Assembly: GCF_006345805.1 (NCBI RefSeq)
Contig: NC_043023.1
Span: 17,422,001-17,486,000, forward strand
Direction: 5' to 3'
Length of the DNA stretch: 64,000 nucleotides
Source of the DNA: Octopus sinensis
Lineage: Eukaryota
The notes below the pieces were generated by a model. It was not told where the DNA came from. It saw only the letters and a program-made list of their open reading frames with translations, and ran no database searches. Of the stretch, positions 27,785 to 41,480 are shown in pieces; the stretch's first letter is position 1, and the number at the start of each line of letters is the position of its first letter. Made by a program: the position numbers and the translations under genes.

Positions 27785-28655
27785 CCAGGCCATGTCTAAC
27801 TTAATAGCACCACCTGATGGGATTATTTGAATCCAGTTTAAGTCAAGTTTTGTTTATGGTCCATTCAAGTTGTGAGGTTTTGTTGGGTGAGTTGTATCCA
27901 ATTATGGGTGGCTTATCTGGTATTCCTTGATGGAATCTATCCAGACACCGTTTAAAGTTGATGGGATCCTTTTCCTCTTTGATCCCTTTCGGGACAATGT
28001 TAAATAGGGCAGGGCCTGTTGAGGAAAAGAAATTATGTTGTAGTGTACATGTATGCTGTGATCTTGAATTGGACAGGGGACGTATGGCCCGTGGTCCCAG
28101 TCTGGGCTGAACCTTGAAGCTAATGTCAAGTTTTTTTGGGAAAAGTTGGCGGTATATTCTCCACATCGTACAAATGATGTACCGCTCACGGCGACGCTGG
28201 AGAGAGTAGAGTTTCAAGGCTTTAAGGCGATCCCAATAATCGAGAGCAGCCATGCCTTCAATTCGTTTAGTGAGTACCCTCTGAGGTGACTCAATCCTGG
28301 AGATGGTTTGTCTTGTATGGGGAGACCACAGTGGGCAGCAATATTCGAGGTGTGGCCGAACAAAGGAGGAGAAAAGTGGTATGATGACACCTTGTTCTCT
28401 GGGCCGGATAGTTCTTAAGATCCAGGAACTCATCCTACGAGCTATATCGACCTTCTTCTTGATGTGTGCACTCCAACTGAGATCGTCATCAACAATTACA
28501 CCCACGTCTCTGATATTGTTAGAGGCTGTGAGCGGTTCCCCTGAAGGAAGAGAGTATGGCTGTTTTAGTGAGGAATTTCTTCCAAAATGCATCAGCACAA
28601 ATTTTCCCTCATTCAGTTGCATTTTGTTTCTGTCTGCCCACTGACTCACAGCATA
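27785..28655 (-). mobile_element. CR1-clade LINE 3' fragment, copy 2 (via local tandem duplication)
   Basis: 268-aa ORF near-identical to 25498-26304, with the same flanks. Confidence 0.9.
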
Positions 28656-28841
28656 TATAATAATTTAAAATTTTTAACTTTAAATTTAAATAATTTAAAT
28701 TTTGAAATTTATATTTTATATTTTGTATATTATATTAATTAATTTTATTTCTATGTTTTGGTTTATGTTTTTCACTGTTTGATTTGCCTAATAGTGGTTT
28801 TATCTCTAATTTAATTTATACATATATATATATATATATAT

Positions 28842-31800
28842 AACATTATTGGTGAATTGAAGAAATGGAGCTGAACGCAGATTGAACAGAAATCGTTTTA
28901 TTTCATTCTACACGTGTTTCGAAAGGCACAAATTACCAAAATCCGATTGAATAATGGGACCATATTGTGTCTTTCTCTTCAGGAAGAAAAAAGGAAATCC
29001 GCTGGAAAAACAAAAACAGAACAGAGGCGGAGCAAAAGCAAATCGAACTATGCTCCTAAGAGCCCATGGCGAAACTGTTTATCAGTGTATGTTGAGAACC
29101 GGTGGCTGAAGAATTCAACGGGTCAGGCATCGGTCAATCATGTGGGTGAGGGTGTATAGACCAGGAACACATACAAGATGCCCATTAAGCAGTACCTAGA
29201 TTTACTCGGTAAAGAGATCAAGAAAAATTATAGAAAAACCAATTGGAGTACCCTGAGGAAGGTAAACTTGGAAATTAAGGAAATAATATTTAAACACCGA
29301 ATTCAAATGAGAACTCAGCCGCTTAGCCCCAAGCAACCCAGATTTATAGTGAAGGACCATAAACCTAACTTCCACACCAACCCAGCGCTAACTCATATGC
29401 CCTGCTAGATCTGATATCGGGATAATCAGTAAGTACATTTTAGATAAATATATCCCTAGTTTAGTAAACAAGCTGAAGCTCAGCCTCTGGGCCAACTCCT
29501 CGCAGGTAGTGAAGTGGTTCTCTTCCATCCCCAATAAGAACCGTACTAGGTTCATTCAGTTTGATATCGCCAGCTTCTACCCCTCGATTAACCCTAGTGT
29601 GCTAAATAAGGCCCTCTGGCATGCTCACAACAAGGCTGGCCTCACCACAGAAGAGATAGATATCATTTTAGTTGCCAGGAAATCGTTTATTAAGTTTGAT
29701 AATAAGTTGTGGATCCGTAAAGATACTCCCAATGAATTTGATGTGCCTATGGGTAGTTCGGATAGTGCGCAGATAGCCGATTTGGTCGGAATATATATTC
29801 TCTACGAATTGTCCGACCAATTCCCGGAGATCGCGGGCGGCCTGTATCGTGACGATTGTCTGTTTTACCTGCAAAACACCACGAACAGAATAGTGCAGAA
29901 AACTAAGAGCAGGTTAGCTAGGTTTTTTAATAGAATGGGCATGAGTATAGTTTTTGATAATGAACTCACCAAGGCTAATTTCCTAGACGTTACACTTAAC
30001 CTTAATAGCGACTCATACTGCCCTTACCATAAGCCTTCCACTAATTTGAAGTATGTCAGTGTCTTCTCAAATCATGCCAAAACCGTAACAGACAATTTGG
30101 TTAAAAACATCTCTCTAAGATTGTCTGGCTTGTCCGCCAGTGCCGATATTTTTATGCAGAAAGCGGAATTTTATAACGCCGCACTATCCAAGGCCGGTTA
30201 TAGGCAGAAGGTAATTTATATTGATCCGGCCCTTCCGATGCCATCATTCGGTCATCAGGATAGGGCCGTATATAATAACATTAACATTTTAAGTAAGGAC
30301 GGGAGCGCGGCGGATGCCGGGGTAGTCGTCGCTCCCGCATTTAATTTAGCGAACAAGGATAATTATCGGTCCGGGAGGTCTTACACTAACCCAAGACCCG
30401 TTATTCATCCGAGAATCACCCACCCGAATGCGAGAGCTGGCGTCCCGACCCATCACACTGATAGGAATAAGCATATATGGTTTGTAATCCCCTTTGGTAA
30501 GCAGATTAGAACTAACCTCCCCCTCATGTTTAGACAAGCCATCGCCAATAACTTCCCCAGAAATTCCAAATATTACTCCACGGTTAACTCGCATAAAGTT
30601 AGGATAGCTTTCTCCAACACTAAAAACCTCGCCCAGATAATCGCCTCCCATAATAATAGGCTACTTACTAAGACCCTATCACCTTTTTCCGGAGGCACAG
30701 CCTCTTCCGCTCCCGGTTTAATGCTCAGTAGGAATAATTATAGTAGTAATAATGATATGAGAGCCAGTACAGTGACACATAATCTCAGCTCCAGCCAGGG
30801 AGTACCCACTAGGGGTATAGTTATAAATAGGGGTGTTGTGGTTGACGGTAACAATGGGAGTAGGGTAGAGAGCCCCAATAGCATCCCCAGCATCATTTCC
30901 CGCAATAGCAGCACCACGGGCAGTAGCAATGACAGCACTCTGATAGATAGTGGAGAATCAGGGTTATTCCTATAGTTAATAGTGACGTAGTGGAAAATAG
31001 GGTAGTAAGCGGCTGCAGGTCTCGGAACGAATATAGTGACAGGAACGCAGTTCTAATTTCAGAAACTAATCCTAGCAGATTAAGATTCACGTCGGCGAAC
31101 TCCAAGATCAAAAACGCCGTCTACCAATGCAAGGTTTACACGGACTCAGATGTCTTCACTTATGTAGGGGCATCATCCTCAAGATTGTCTTTGCGTGTCT
31201 CCAACCATTACGCAACTTTTCGGGACGTGAACAAGCGCCAGACCACTCAGTAAGCTAATATGGCGACTGAAGGATACGAACTTAAGCTATAGGCTGGAAT
31301 GGTCAATTTTGTCGGTGGCCCTCCCATTGGATAGGGGCAGAAGACAGTGCAACCTTTGTGTCTCCGAACTCTTCCAGAGGCCGGATGGTAAACGGGCTTT
31401 TACAGTCGGCTTTTCGATGCCCCCATTGGCGGCGTTACACTTATCTGGCTTTTAAATAGCGTTTATAAATAATACCGGCACCCATAGCCCTTGGTAACAA
31501 ATTCTGAAATAGCCTTTAAGATATCTACGATTAACCACTGCAAGGGGAATTACTCCTGTAAGACAAACGGGGCTTGGTTTTTTCACAGCGGGGGGTTTCC
31601 TTGACAAGGCAGGCTTAGATGAACACAAACACACACATAAAACATAATATATATATATATATATTTTTTCTTTCTGCCACCCAACGGTTATCACGGCAGT
31701 AGCCACTGACAGCCGAACGATCAAACGCACACACGTACACAAAAAATGTTTTCTACCCCTACGCCAACACACACATATATAGAACAGTATACACACACAC

Positions 31801-32360
31801 ACGTCTCTAAGTAGATTTTTTCTCGCCCCTTATAATACATCCAATATTCCTTAAATAGTCAGAACTTTATGCTCGGTCACAAAGAACATCTATACACCCT
31901 CACCCACATGATTGACCGATGTCTGACCCGTTGAATTCTTCATCCACCGGTTCTCAACATACACTGATAAACAGTTTCGCCATGGGCTCTTAGGAGCATA
32001 GTTCGATTTGCTTTTGCTCCGCCTCTGTTCTGTTTTTGTTTTTCCAGCGGATTTCCTTTTTTCTTCCTGAAGAGAAAGACACAATATGGTCTCATTATTC
32101 AATCGGATTTTGGTAATTTGTGCCTTTCGAAACACGTGTAGAATGAAATAAAACGATTCCTGTTCAATCTGCGTTCAGCTCCATTTCTTCAATTCACCAA
32201 TAATGTTTTAATTTCAATTATCCGCACCAACGCACGGTTGCAACGCCAGATGGTTGTACCTCCAACCGTGCTGTTTACTGCTGTGATTTTTGCTACTAAG
32301 GTATCGGTTAAACTTTTGATTAATCTACCACAAGATTATTCATCTTTCTATTTCACATAA
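28842..32360 (+). mobile_element. Penelope-like element: inverted pLTR, 5'-truncated RT, C-terminal GIY-YIG, pLTR; inserted in (TA)n
   Basis: RT motifs KDHKPNF, FIQFDIASFYPSI, PMGSSDS, GGLYRDD, NFLDVTL, YCPYHKP. EN motifs VYQC..TYVGAS, CNLCVSE. 319-bp inverted arms 28842-29160 / 31889-32207. Frameshifts and stops are present. Confidence 0.9.
32057..32152 (+). ncRNA. Type I hammerhead motif in PLE pLTR (mirror copy on - strand ~28897-28992)
   Basis: TTC-CTGAAGA-GAAAGACACAA...TTGTGCCTTTC-GAAA-CACGTGTA-GAA. Canonical core, palindromic ACACGTGT stem III, predicted cut after A32140. Confidence 0.75.
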
Positions 32361-32362
32361 TA

Positions 32363-32450
<88 letters not shown>

Positions 32451-35400
32451 GTATTTATATATGTATATATATATATATAAACGCATAACTACACACACAC
32501 ACGTGTACACGTCCACACACACACATCCTCATTAAAATGATACATCTGCAACGTCATGATAAAATCACAAATGAAATGAATTTTAACGATAGGAAAAAAG
32601 CCTCATTAATTTAAGAAAAGTAACAAGTTCGAACACGAAATATTCGTGAAGTCTTTACAACGCTGAGGCATAATCACTTTGAAAGAATAAATTGAAAATA
32701 TTAATCAATAATATCCGGCTGCTGATTGCGATAAACATCCTTGAGTCTATTCAATATGTAGTCAACCGTGATTTATTTGTTTAAAGTATATTTTCTATCT
32801 TTCATCTTAAGTAGACATGTTTTCCGTGGAGTATAATCTAGTTATGTTCTTAGTATCGATTAGTATCCAGAAGTGATAAGATACTCACAATCAAGGAAAA
32901 TGATTATTGTTTTATTGAATATTAAAATATAATCCCAACGTTTATAATATTTTTCCTCAGTGAATGTGCGTGGCTTAGGGGTCAGGATATTCACTCACGA
33001 TCCTCTGAATGTGCGATCGATTCCTGGACGGGATGGCGTATGTTTTCCGTGAGCAAAGTTCTGTATTTCACGTTGCCCCAGGGTTGTGAGGGGACTGCCA
33101 TATCAATGAATAGACCCAACGTTTCGTCTGCGTTTCGTAAAAAGCCACCAAAAGGGGGCGAGTTAGGATTTGCACTTTGATCCCATAAAATCCTCACTAC
33201 CAACGACTGCCCAAACAGAGCAATGGGTTGTAGGGTTGTCGCCTAAACTATAAAAAGGGGTCGTCCGCCAAGGAATCCCTTAAAAATGGGGAATGAAGCG
33301 ACGAACTGTAACACAGCATGCTTCCATGTATGTATGAATGTGTGTATATATGTATGTGTGTGTATATATTCATGTATGTATGTGTGTATAAATATATGTG
33401 TGTGTATGTATTCATATATGTTTGAATGTGTGTATTTATGTGTGTGTATATATATATGTGTGTATATATGGATGTGTGTGTATATATTCATGTATGTATG
33501 TGTGTATGTATGTAAGTGAGTGTATGTATTCATGAATGTATGTGTGTGTATATGTATGTGTGTGTATGTATTCATGTATGTATGAATGTGTGTATGTATG
33601 TGTGTGTATATATGTATATATGTGTCTATATATGTATGTGTGTGTATATATTCATGTATCTATGTGTGTATGTATGTATGTGTGTATGTATGTATGTGAG
33701 TGCATGTATTCATGAATGTATGTGTATATATGTATGTGTGTGTATGTATTCATATATGTATGAATGTGTGTATGTATGTGTGTGTATATATGTATGTATG
33801 CATATATGTATGTGTGTGTATGTATTCATATATGTATGAATGTGTGTATGTATGTGTGTGTATATATGTATGTATGTATATATGTATGTGTGTGTATGTA
33901 TCCATATATGTATGAACGTGTGTATGTATGTGTGTGTATATATGTATGTGTGTGTATGTATTCATATATGTATGAATGTGTGTATGTATGTGTGTGTATA
34001 TATGTATGTATGTATATATGTATGTGTGTGTATGTATTCATGTATGTATGAATGTGTGTATGTATGTGTGTATGTAATGTATATATGTATGTATGTATGT
34101 ATGTATGAGTGTGTATGTATTCATGTATGTATGTGTGTATGTATATATGTATATATGTTGGGGTGTTGAACACAAATAATGGAAACATGGTGTAGGACCA
34201 CCTTTGGCAATAATTACAGCTTGAATTCTACGAGGTATAGACGCGTACAAAGTTTGAATCGCTTCGAAAGGAATTTCAAAAAGAATGGCTTCAGCTAAAA
34301 CATTCTACAATTCTTCTAGAGATGATGGTGGAGGATATCGACTCCTAAATTGTTTTTTCTATAATGCACCATAAATGTTCAATAATATTGAGATCTGGGG
34401 GTTGGTGACCAGATAAGATCTTCATCTTCGCTACATTCACTGACTTGGATTTCGATTCTTTCCCTGTACTCGTTGACCACAGGTTTTTCGAGGGCATTTA
34501 GTGTAATTTATCTAGTGTAATAATTAAAACTTCAAAGCTATCGATATATTGCTAAGTTAAAAAAAAATCGTTTTGGTCACCATGCATACAAACGCAGTCG
34601 ACTTGTTTCAAGCTGTTTATTTACTAAGATCGATGGATGGAAACAGTTGTTATTGAAAACTTAACGAAGCTAAGGGTAAAACTGATAATTCACTTACCTT
34701 CTGAAGAGCAAAGCATTCTGGAGAGAAAGAGAAACAAATATAAGACCTGGAATTTAAGAACTTATTTAGCGAAAAGTGAAATTACCTGGCGACGACTTCT
34801 GGAGTAAGAGGGAAAGAAAGTTCAAGTTGGCCATCGATTTTATAAGAGTGGAAGAACTCGGGAGAGATTGATTTAAAGACATTGTCTTTTCGAAGCCAAT
34901 GCAAAAAGAAATCAACTGTGAAATATCCTGAATTTATTCTTAAATTATCAGAACGAAGAGAATAGGAACAAATAGAAGAAAGCTTGTTTATCGAGACTAG
35001 GAAAAGGGAACATTAAAAGGCAGAAGCTTATTGTTTGCAGTGGGACACGTCTTGTTGGTCGGTTTTGCATCTAAAGGTGAAGTTTACTTAACAACCCTGT
35101 AACAGTGATGAACCTTAAAGGTAATTACTGAAATTGTTTTTATAATCCTATGATATAAAATACTGTAGCTGACTTGTGCTTTTATTACATTCGGTTTACC
35201 ATTTTCATTTCCCACTTCCGATGAGAATGGAAAGGACGGAGATGGATTTGTAGAAATCATGGATCGACTGATCAACTATCCTTTCTACTCTGTCTTGAAA
35301 CTTAACGTTCTGATTTCGAATTTTGCTGTGATTTAGGATTTAATGTAGATAGACAGATTTAAAATAAAGAAATAAATATGAAAATAGGGTAATAAATCTT

Positions 35401-36900
35401 AGGATAGTGATTAGCGAGCTGTTGAATATTAAAACAAATAACACTGGGCAAATTTTTTCTTGTCTAGTGCCTGGAATATTTCAATGAATTCCAAGTGATT
35501 TTGCCGGCTAAATTCAAAACTTACTCCAGTTTTTCTTTATCAGGTCTGGTTTTCTGACTAGACCTGATAGAGTAAGTATTTTATTCGTATAAGAGGCATA
35601 TAATATGAATCAATAAAGAGAGGTCATTACTAAAATTGTTTTTATAATTCTATAATCTAGAATACTGTAGCTGACTTGTGCTTTCGTTACATTCGGTTTA
35701 CAGTTATCATTTCTCATTTCCACAGAGAACGGAAAGGACATGGATGGATTTGTAGAAATCATGAATCGACTGATAAACTATCTTTAGTATTCAGTCATGA
35801 AACTTTACATTTTGACTTCGAATCCCGCTGGGATTTAGGATTTAATTTGTATAGATTTCAAATGAATGAATTGAAATATAAATAGGGTAATGATTCCTAG
35901 GGTAATGATTACGGTGCTGTTGAATAACAAATATAACTTTAGGTATTTCATTTAATAAAAATAATTATTAAGCAATTATAGGCGCAGGAGTGGCTGTGTG
36001 GTAAGTAACTTGCTTACCAATCTCATTGTTCCGGGTTCAATCCCACTGCGTGACACCTTGTGTAAGTGTCTTCTGCTCTAGCCTCGGGCCGACTAAAGCC
36101 ATGTGAGTGGATTTGTTTGACGGAAACTGAAAGAAGCCCGTCGTATATATGTATATATATACATGTGTGTGTGTGTGTGTGTGTGTTTGTGTGTCTGTCT
36201 CTGTCCTCCCAACATAGCTTGACGACCGATGCTTGTGTGTTTACGTCCCCGTAACTTAGCGGTTCGGCAAAAGAGAGTCGATGGAATAAGTACTAGGCTT
36301 ACAAAGCATAAGTCCTGGGGTCGATTTGTTCGAGTAAAGGCGGTGCTCCAGCATGGCCGCAGTCAAATGAGTGAAACAAGTAAAAGAGTAAAAGAGTAAA
36401 AGAAAGACTTTTCTGATTTCTCTCAGAAAGGTCTCAAGCGACTTAGTCTGTTCATTTCACCTTAAATCTCCAAACGGATGTTTCTCTTGCTTTCACTTTC
36501 ACTTTCTCTATTTTGACAATTTCTTCTAAACTTATGAAAGACCTTTTCATTCCTTTAATTATTTGAAACCACACCCCTGTCTACAATTCTTTCCTCATTC
36601 ATTGACTCAATTTTTTGTCGTATTTCTCAACGTATTCAACGTATTATTCTTGAACGCTTCAAAACATATGACATATGAGGTGGTGGTTAAAGTTGATAAA
36701 AATAACAGCTAATCAGGCCTTAAATCCCGCACCAAAATATATTTTCTTTCGTTTTTGGTTAATCGGATGAATTTCCGGGTATAGAATATAAATTCGCCAA
36801 AATTCTCTAAAAATTCTCCAAAATGAAAACAAAACGTTATGAGGGGCTATATATATATAGGTCTGTGTGTGCGTGTGTGCGTGCGTGTGTGTATGTGTAC

Positions 36901-37053
<153 letters not shown>

Positions 37054-37208
37054 ATTTAAAATGAGGGTTTAGAAATTAGACATTAATTTAATTAGATCTA
37101 TACTAGTTTCCCTGTAATATGTCTATATAAATATATATATATACATGTGTGTGTGTGTGTGTGTAGATAGATAGATTGATAGATAGATAGATAGATAAAT
37201 AGATAGAG

Positions 37209-37247
<39 letters not shown>

Positions 37248-37339
37248 GATATAGATATATATAAGCACACACACTCACACGCATATATATGTATATATAT
37301 ATATGCGTATGAGTGTGTGTGCTTATATATATCTATATC

Positions 37340-37415
<76 letters not shown>

Positions 37416-37421
37416 TTATAT

Positions 37422-37461
<40 letters not shown>

Positions 37462-37464
37462 GAC

Positions 37465-37506
37465 GCTACATTGACAAGGGGCAATACCCCGAAACGCGTC
37501 TGTAGC
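37465..37506 (+). ncRNA. Minimal type I hammerhead, U3-A8 core variant (second copy 37829-37870)
   Basis: GCTACA-TTGACAA-GGGG(caata)CCCC-GAAAC-GC-GTC-TGTAGC: 6-bp stem I, 4-bp stem II, palindromic ACGCGT stem III, GUC triplet. Confidence 0.72.
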
Positions 37507-38094
37507 TGTCGGCCTGGCAGTGTGAAGCGGCTGACCTCCCTTGTTCGAAGGTTATAATGGATACAGATCGTGTATCAATAGCTATCTTGATGGCGGTGGC
37601 CTCATGGAGCTGACCAGCGGCAGCGATTATTCTTATATATATAAGAATGCCATATTAATATGGCGATAACAATTAATTTCCTGTAAACGCTGCCGTAGTC
37701 TCTTTTATAGAGACTTAGTAATTTTAATATTTCTATTATTGAAAACAAGTGGATGTATTCCACTGAAACTAGGTAAATAGAAACCTTCGAACAGAGACGT
37801 CATTGGCGACACCTGCGGGTCTGACTGCGCTACATTGACAAGGAGCAATACCCCGAAACGCGTCTGTAGCTGTTGGACTGGCAGTGTGAAGCGGCTGACC
37901 TCCCTTGTTCGAAGGTTATAATGGATACAGATCGTGTATCAATAGCTATCTTGATGGCGGTGGCCTCATGGAGCTGACCAGCGGCAGCGATTATTCTTAT
38001 ATCTATAAGAATGTCATATTAATATGGCGATAACAATTAATTTCCAGTAAACGCTGCCGTAATCTCTTTTATAGCGATTTAGTAATTTTAATAT
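37465..38094 (+). repeat. 1.7 tandem copies of a 364-bp non-coding unit, each with a hammerhead (retrozyme-like / orphan pLTR dimer)
   Basis: Period 364 (37465/37829; 37730/38094), (TA)n on both sides, no ORF of note. Confidence 0.85.
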
Positions 38095-38097
38095 ATC

Positions 38098-38129
<32 letters not shown>

Positions 38130-38423
38130 CATACATATATGTATATATATATATATATATATGTTATAATTCTGAAATGCGAAAAGTTTGTTTGTTTGTC
38201 TGGTTTTGGCATTGAGAACGGGTTAAAGGCCACTAGATCACGTCGGATTGACTCCTAAATTTACAGGGACATGTAAAGTGAGATGAGGATGCCAGTGGGC
38301 TAGGTTAGAAATCTCCAAAAGGTGTCGTTGATAGGGCCAAAAACGCACTTTGACAATTCTATCTCATTCTTTTATGTTTCTGTCTTCCTCCGTCACTCAC
38401 TCTCTTTCCTCCCTTCCCATCAT

Positions 38424-38523
38424 NNNNNNNNNNNNNNNNNNNNNNNNNNNNNNNNNNNNNNNNNNNNNNNNNNNNNNNNNNNNNNNNNNNNNNNNNNNNN
38501 NNNNNNNNNNNNNNNNNNNNNNN
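38424..38523. other. Assembly gap (100 N)
   Basis: Run of n. Confidence 1.
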
Positions 38524-38686
38524 AGGCTTAGAACGTAGAGCAAATAAAAGCTTGCTAACAAAATACATTACATTATTACCCTTGTTCCACTAGATTATAA
38601 GTTCAAATCACGATCAGGCCAAAGTGAATCTCACATTCCTCTGATATTGATGAAATATGTATGCTCACATCATCATCATCATCATC

Positions 38687-39650
38687 ATTGTTCGACCGTG
38701 GTCGAGACAATGGAATTTACCATGCTACGCAAGACTTCACGGTCCATCATGGCATTACGGAGGTCCTGTTGCTGGATGCCTGTATCCCTGGAGATTACAT
38801 CAGGGTAGGAGAGTGTGCGCCCTCTGGTATCGCGAGCAGATGGCTTCCAGAGGAGAAGAGTAGAAATTGTCTCGTTTTCAATTCTACAACAATGTCCAGC
38901 AAACTGGACTCTTCTACCTTTCACAAGAGATGACACAGGTGGTAGTTTCCCATATATTTGCATTTTGGTTGGATGGCGCCTCCGCGAGAGATTTTGAGCT
39001 TTCATAAGGAGGCGAGTGTAGGTTCCATCCAACCGCCTCTCAAGCTTCTTTGATAACGTCCAGGTTTCTGAGCCATATAGTAGAATTGGTTCGACTGTGG
39101 CTTTGAAGATTTCAAGTTTGAAGTCTCTACTTAGATTTGATGACCAGATCTTATGTAATATTTTGTCTTCATCATCATTGTTCGACCGTGGTCGAGACAA
39201 TGGAATTTACTATGTTAAGCCAGACTTCACGGTCCATCATAGCATTACGGAGGTCCTATTGCTGCATGCCTGTATCCCTGGAGATTACATCAGGGTAGGA
39301 GAGTGTGCGCCCTTTGGTATCGTGAGCAGATGGCTTCCAGAGGAGAAGAGGAGAAATTACCTCGTTTTCAGCTCTACAACAATGTCCAGCAAACTGGACT
39401 CTCCTACCTTTCACAAGAGATGATACAGGTGGTAGTTCCCCATATATTTGTACTTTGGTTGGATGACGCTTCCACGAGAGATTTTGAGCTTTCACAAGGA
39501 GGCGAGTGTAGGTTCCATCCAACCGCCTCTCAAGCTTCTTTGATAACGTCCAGGTTTCTGAGCCAAATAGTAGAATTGGTTCGACTGTGGCTTTGAAGAT
39601 TATAAGTGTGAAGTCTCTACTTAGATTTGATGACCAGATCTTATGCATGT
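38687..39650 (-). mobile_element. Head-to-tail dimer of a ~490-bp RTE-LINE 3'-end unit
   Basis: HKIWSSNLSRDFKLEIFKATVEPILLYGSETWTL...FAGHCCR...[15 protein letters not shown] plus (TGA)n tail, twice. Confidence 0.88.
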
Positions 39651-39708
39651 CATATGTTTTCACACGACTGACAATATTTAACATATATTTTTCAGTTCTT
39701 CCCGACAG

Positions 39709-39844
39709 GCGGCACATTCAGAAATGCCCCTAAAGTGTTCACCATTCACTGGTGTCTGGCAAGAACCAGACATGTCTCAGTGTTACAATACAGAGGGGAT
39801 CACTCAACAACTAAAGAATATCTCAAATGAAGACATCGATAAAG
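39709..39844 (+). CDS. Adhesion GPCR exon: C-terminal half of hormone-receptor (HRM) domain, KCSPFTGVWQEPDMSQC
   Basis: C-x4-G-x-W-x2-PD-x-S-x-C motif. Donor AAAG|GTGAGC (phase 1) joins in frame to 44480. The acceptor is 39709, or alternatively 39696. Confidence 0.8.
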
Positions 39845-40159
39845 GTGAGCGTTTCGAAATTATTTTTGCAATAGTTTTAGTAGTAATAGTAAAAGCAACA
39901 GGAAATATATACGCATGTCTTCCATTAAGACCGCTTTATACAAACTCACACACACACACACACACACACATCTCTTTTACATGTTTCAGTCATTTGACTG
40001 TGGCCATGCTGGTGCACCACCTTCAGTCAAGCAAATCGACCCCAGGACTTATTCTTTGTAAACCTAGTACTTATTCTATCGGTCCCTTTTGCCGAACCGC
40101 TAAGTTACGGGGACCTAAACACACCAGTATCGGTTGTCAAACAATGCTAGGGGGACAAC

Positions 40160-40203
<44 letters not shown>

Positions 40204-40714
40204 CATACATATACATATATACGACAGGCTTCTTTCAGTTTCCGTCTACCAAATCCACTCACAAGGTTTTGGTCGGCCCGAGGCTATAGTAGAAGACACT
40301 TGCCCAAAGTGCCACGCAGTGGGACTGAACCCGGAACCATGTGGTTGATAAGCAATCTACTTACCACACAGCCACTCCTGCGCCTATGCATACTTATGTA
40401 TGTGTTTGTATGTATGTATGTATGTATGTACAGTGATGATTAAAATTATGTCAAGATATGATAAGTCGTATAATCCCTTTTGTTAATCTCTTCCAACGGT
40501 GTATCGTTTGAATCATTTATGGAAACGTGCTGACAGAAGTTATTACTTGAGAGATTTGAGTTTATTATTATATCGTTAAGACTACTCTTTTCATCAATTT
40601 TCTGTAGAATGGCTAAGTAGCTAAAGAAGCAGCAATTGATAGATATATAACTGGTACACAACTCTATTACATTCTTTTGGTGGTTACAAAATAATGACGT
40701 CTTCAATATTTAGG

Positions 40715-40880
40715 GAGAGTTTACGAAAAAAAAAAAAACAAAAGACGAAGACAGGTGGTGTACAAAACAAGCAGATGTATTAGTATAACGCTCAGGAATA
40801 GAAAAAGTCTTTTACGTTTCAAGCCTACGCTCTTCTACAGAAAGGGACACAGAAAAACAAGGAGAGAAAAAAACACCACA

Positions 40881-40914
<34 letters not shown>

Positions 40915-41100
40915 AGAGTTTACAAAAAAACAAAAGACGAAGACAGGTGGTGTAGAAAACAAACAGATGTATTAGTATAACGCTCAGGAATAGAAAAAGT
41001 CTTTTACTTTTCGAGCCTAGGCTCTTCTACAGAAAGGGACACAGAAAGAAACAATGAAACAAGGAGAGAAACAAGGAAAAAAAAAACAAGGAGAGAAAAA
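40715..41100 (-). mobile_element. Two partial tandem PLE-type pLTRs with hammerhead-like motifs carrying A6->U (40809-40844, 41001-41036)
   Basis: CTTT-CTGTAGA-A-GAGC(ctag)GCTC-GAAA(C/A)GTA-AAAG. A related decayed motif lies at 13349-13387. Confidence 0.55.
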
Positions 41101-41480
41101 AATGTGTGTATTGGCTAACGATCTATCATGGCGTCTTCAATATAGCCGTGTAGCAATGAATGTGAGAAAATTACTTTACAAAGATTTTTATAAGTATGCA
41201 AAGTTGTGATGACTTCAATTTCTCTCAGACAATGGTAAAAACTGATCAATATTAATTCTTAGATTTTCAAACCATTTTCGTCTAGTTTAAACTTGTAATT
41301 GAACAATAATTTCCTTGACAGCTATTTATGATGGCTGGTGTATCAAATTAGTTATAAGCATACACCAACAAGGGAATGTCGTATCCAAGTATAAAGGATC
41401 CCGTAGTGTTGGGTAACTCGTCCCCACCCACTGTTTCAGTTAATTCCTATTTCTTTACTGCCCACAAGAGGATATTTCTA

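Larger units (their letters stand above)
24724..33021 (+). repeat. Younger tandem duplication of a 2378-bp unit (24724-27101; second copy 27102-33021 includes the PLE)
   Basis: Junction TGCGATCGAT|TTGTGATCTATAC at 27101. SINE-CR1-(TA)n-unique tail order is repeated. Confidence 0.88.

Noticed and set aside
40446-40706. 86-aa minus-strand ORF
   Set aside because: No splice sites or family match; another frame weakly resembles decayed PLE RT beside the pLTRs.
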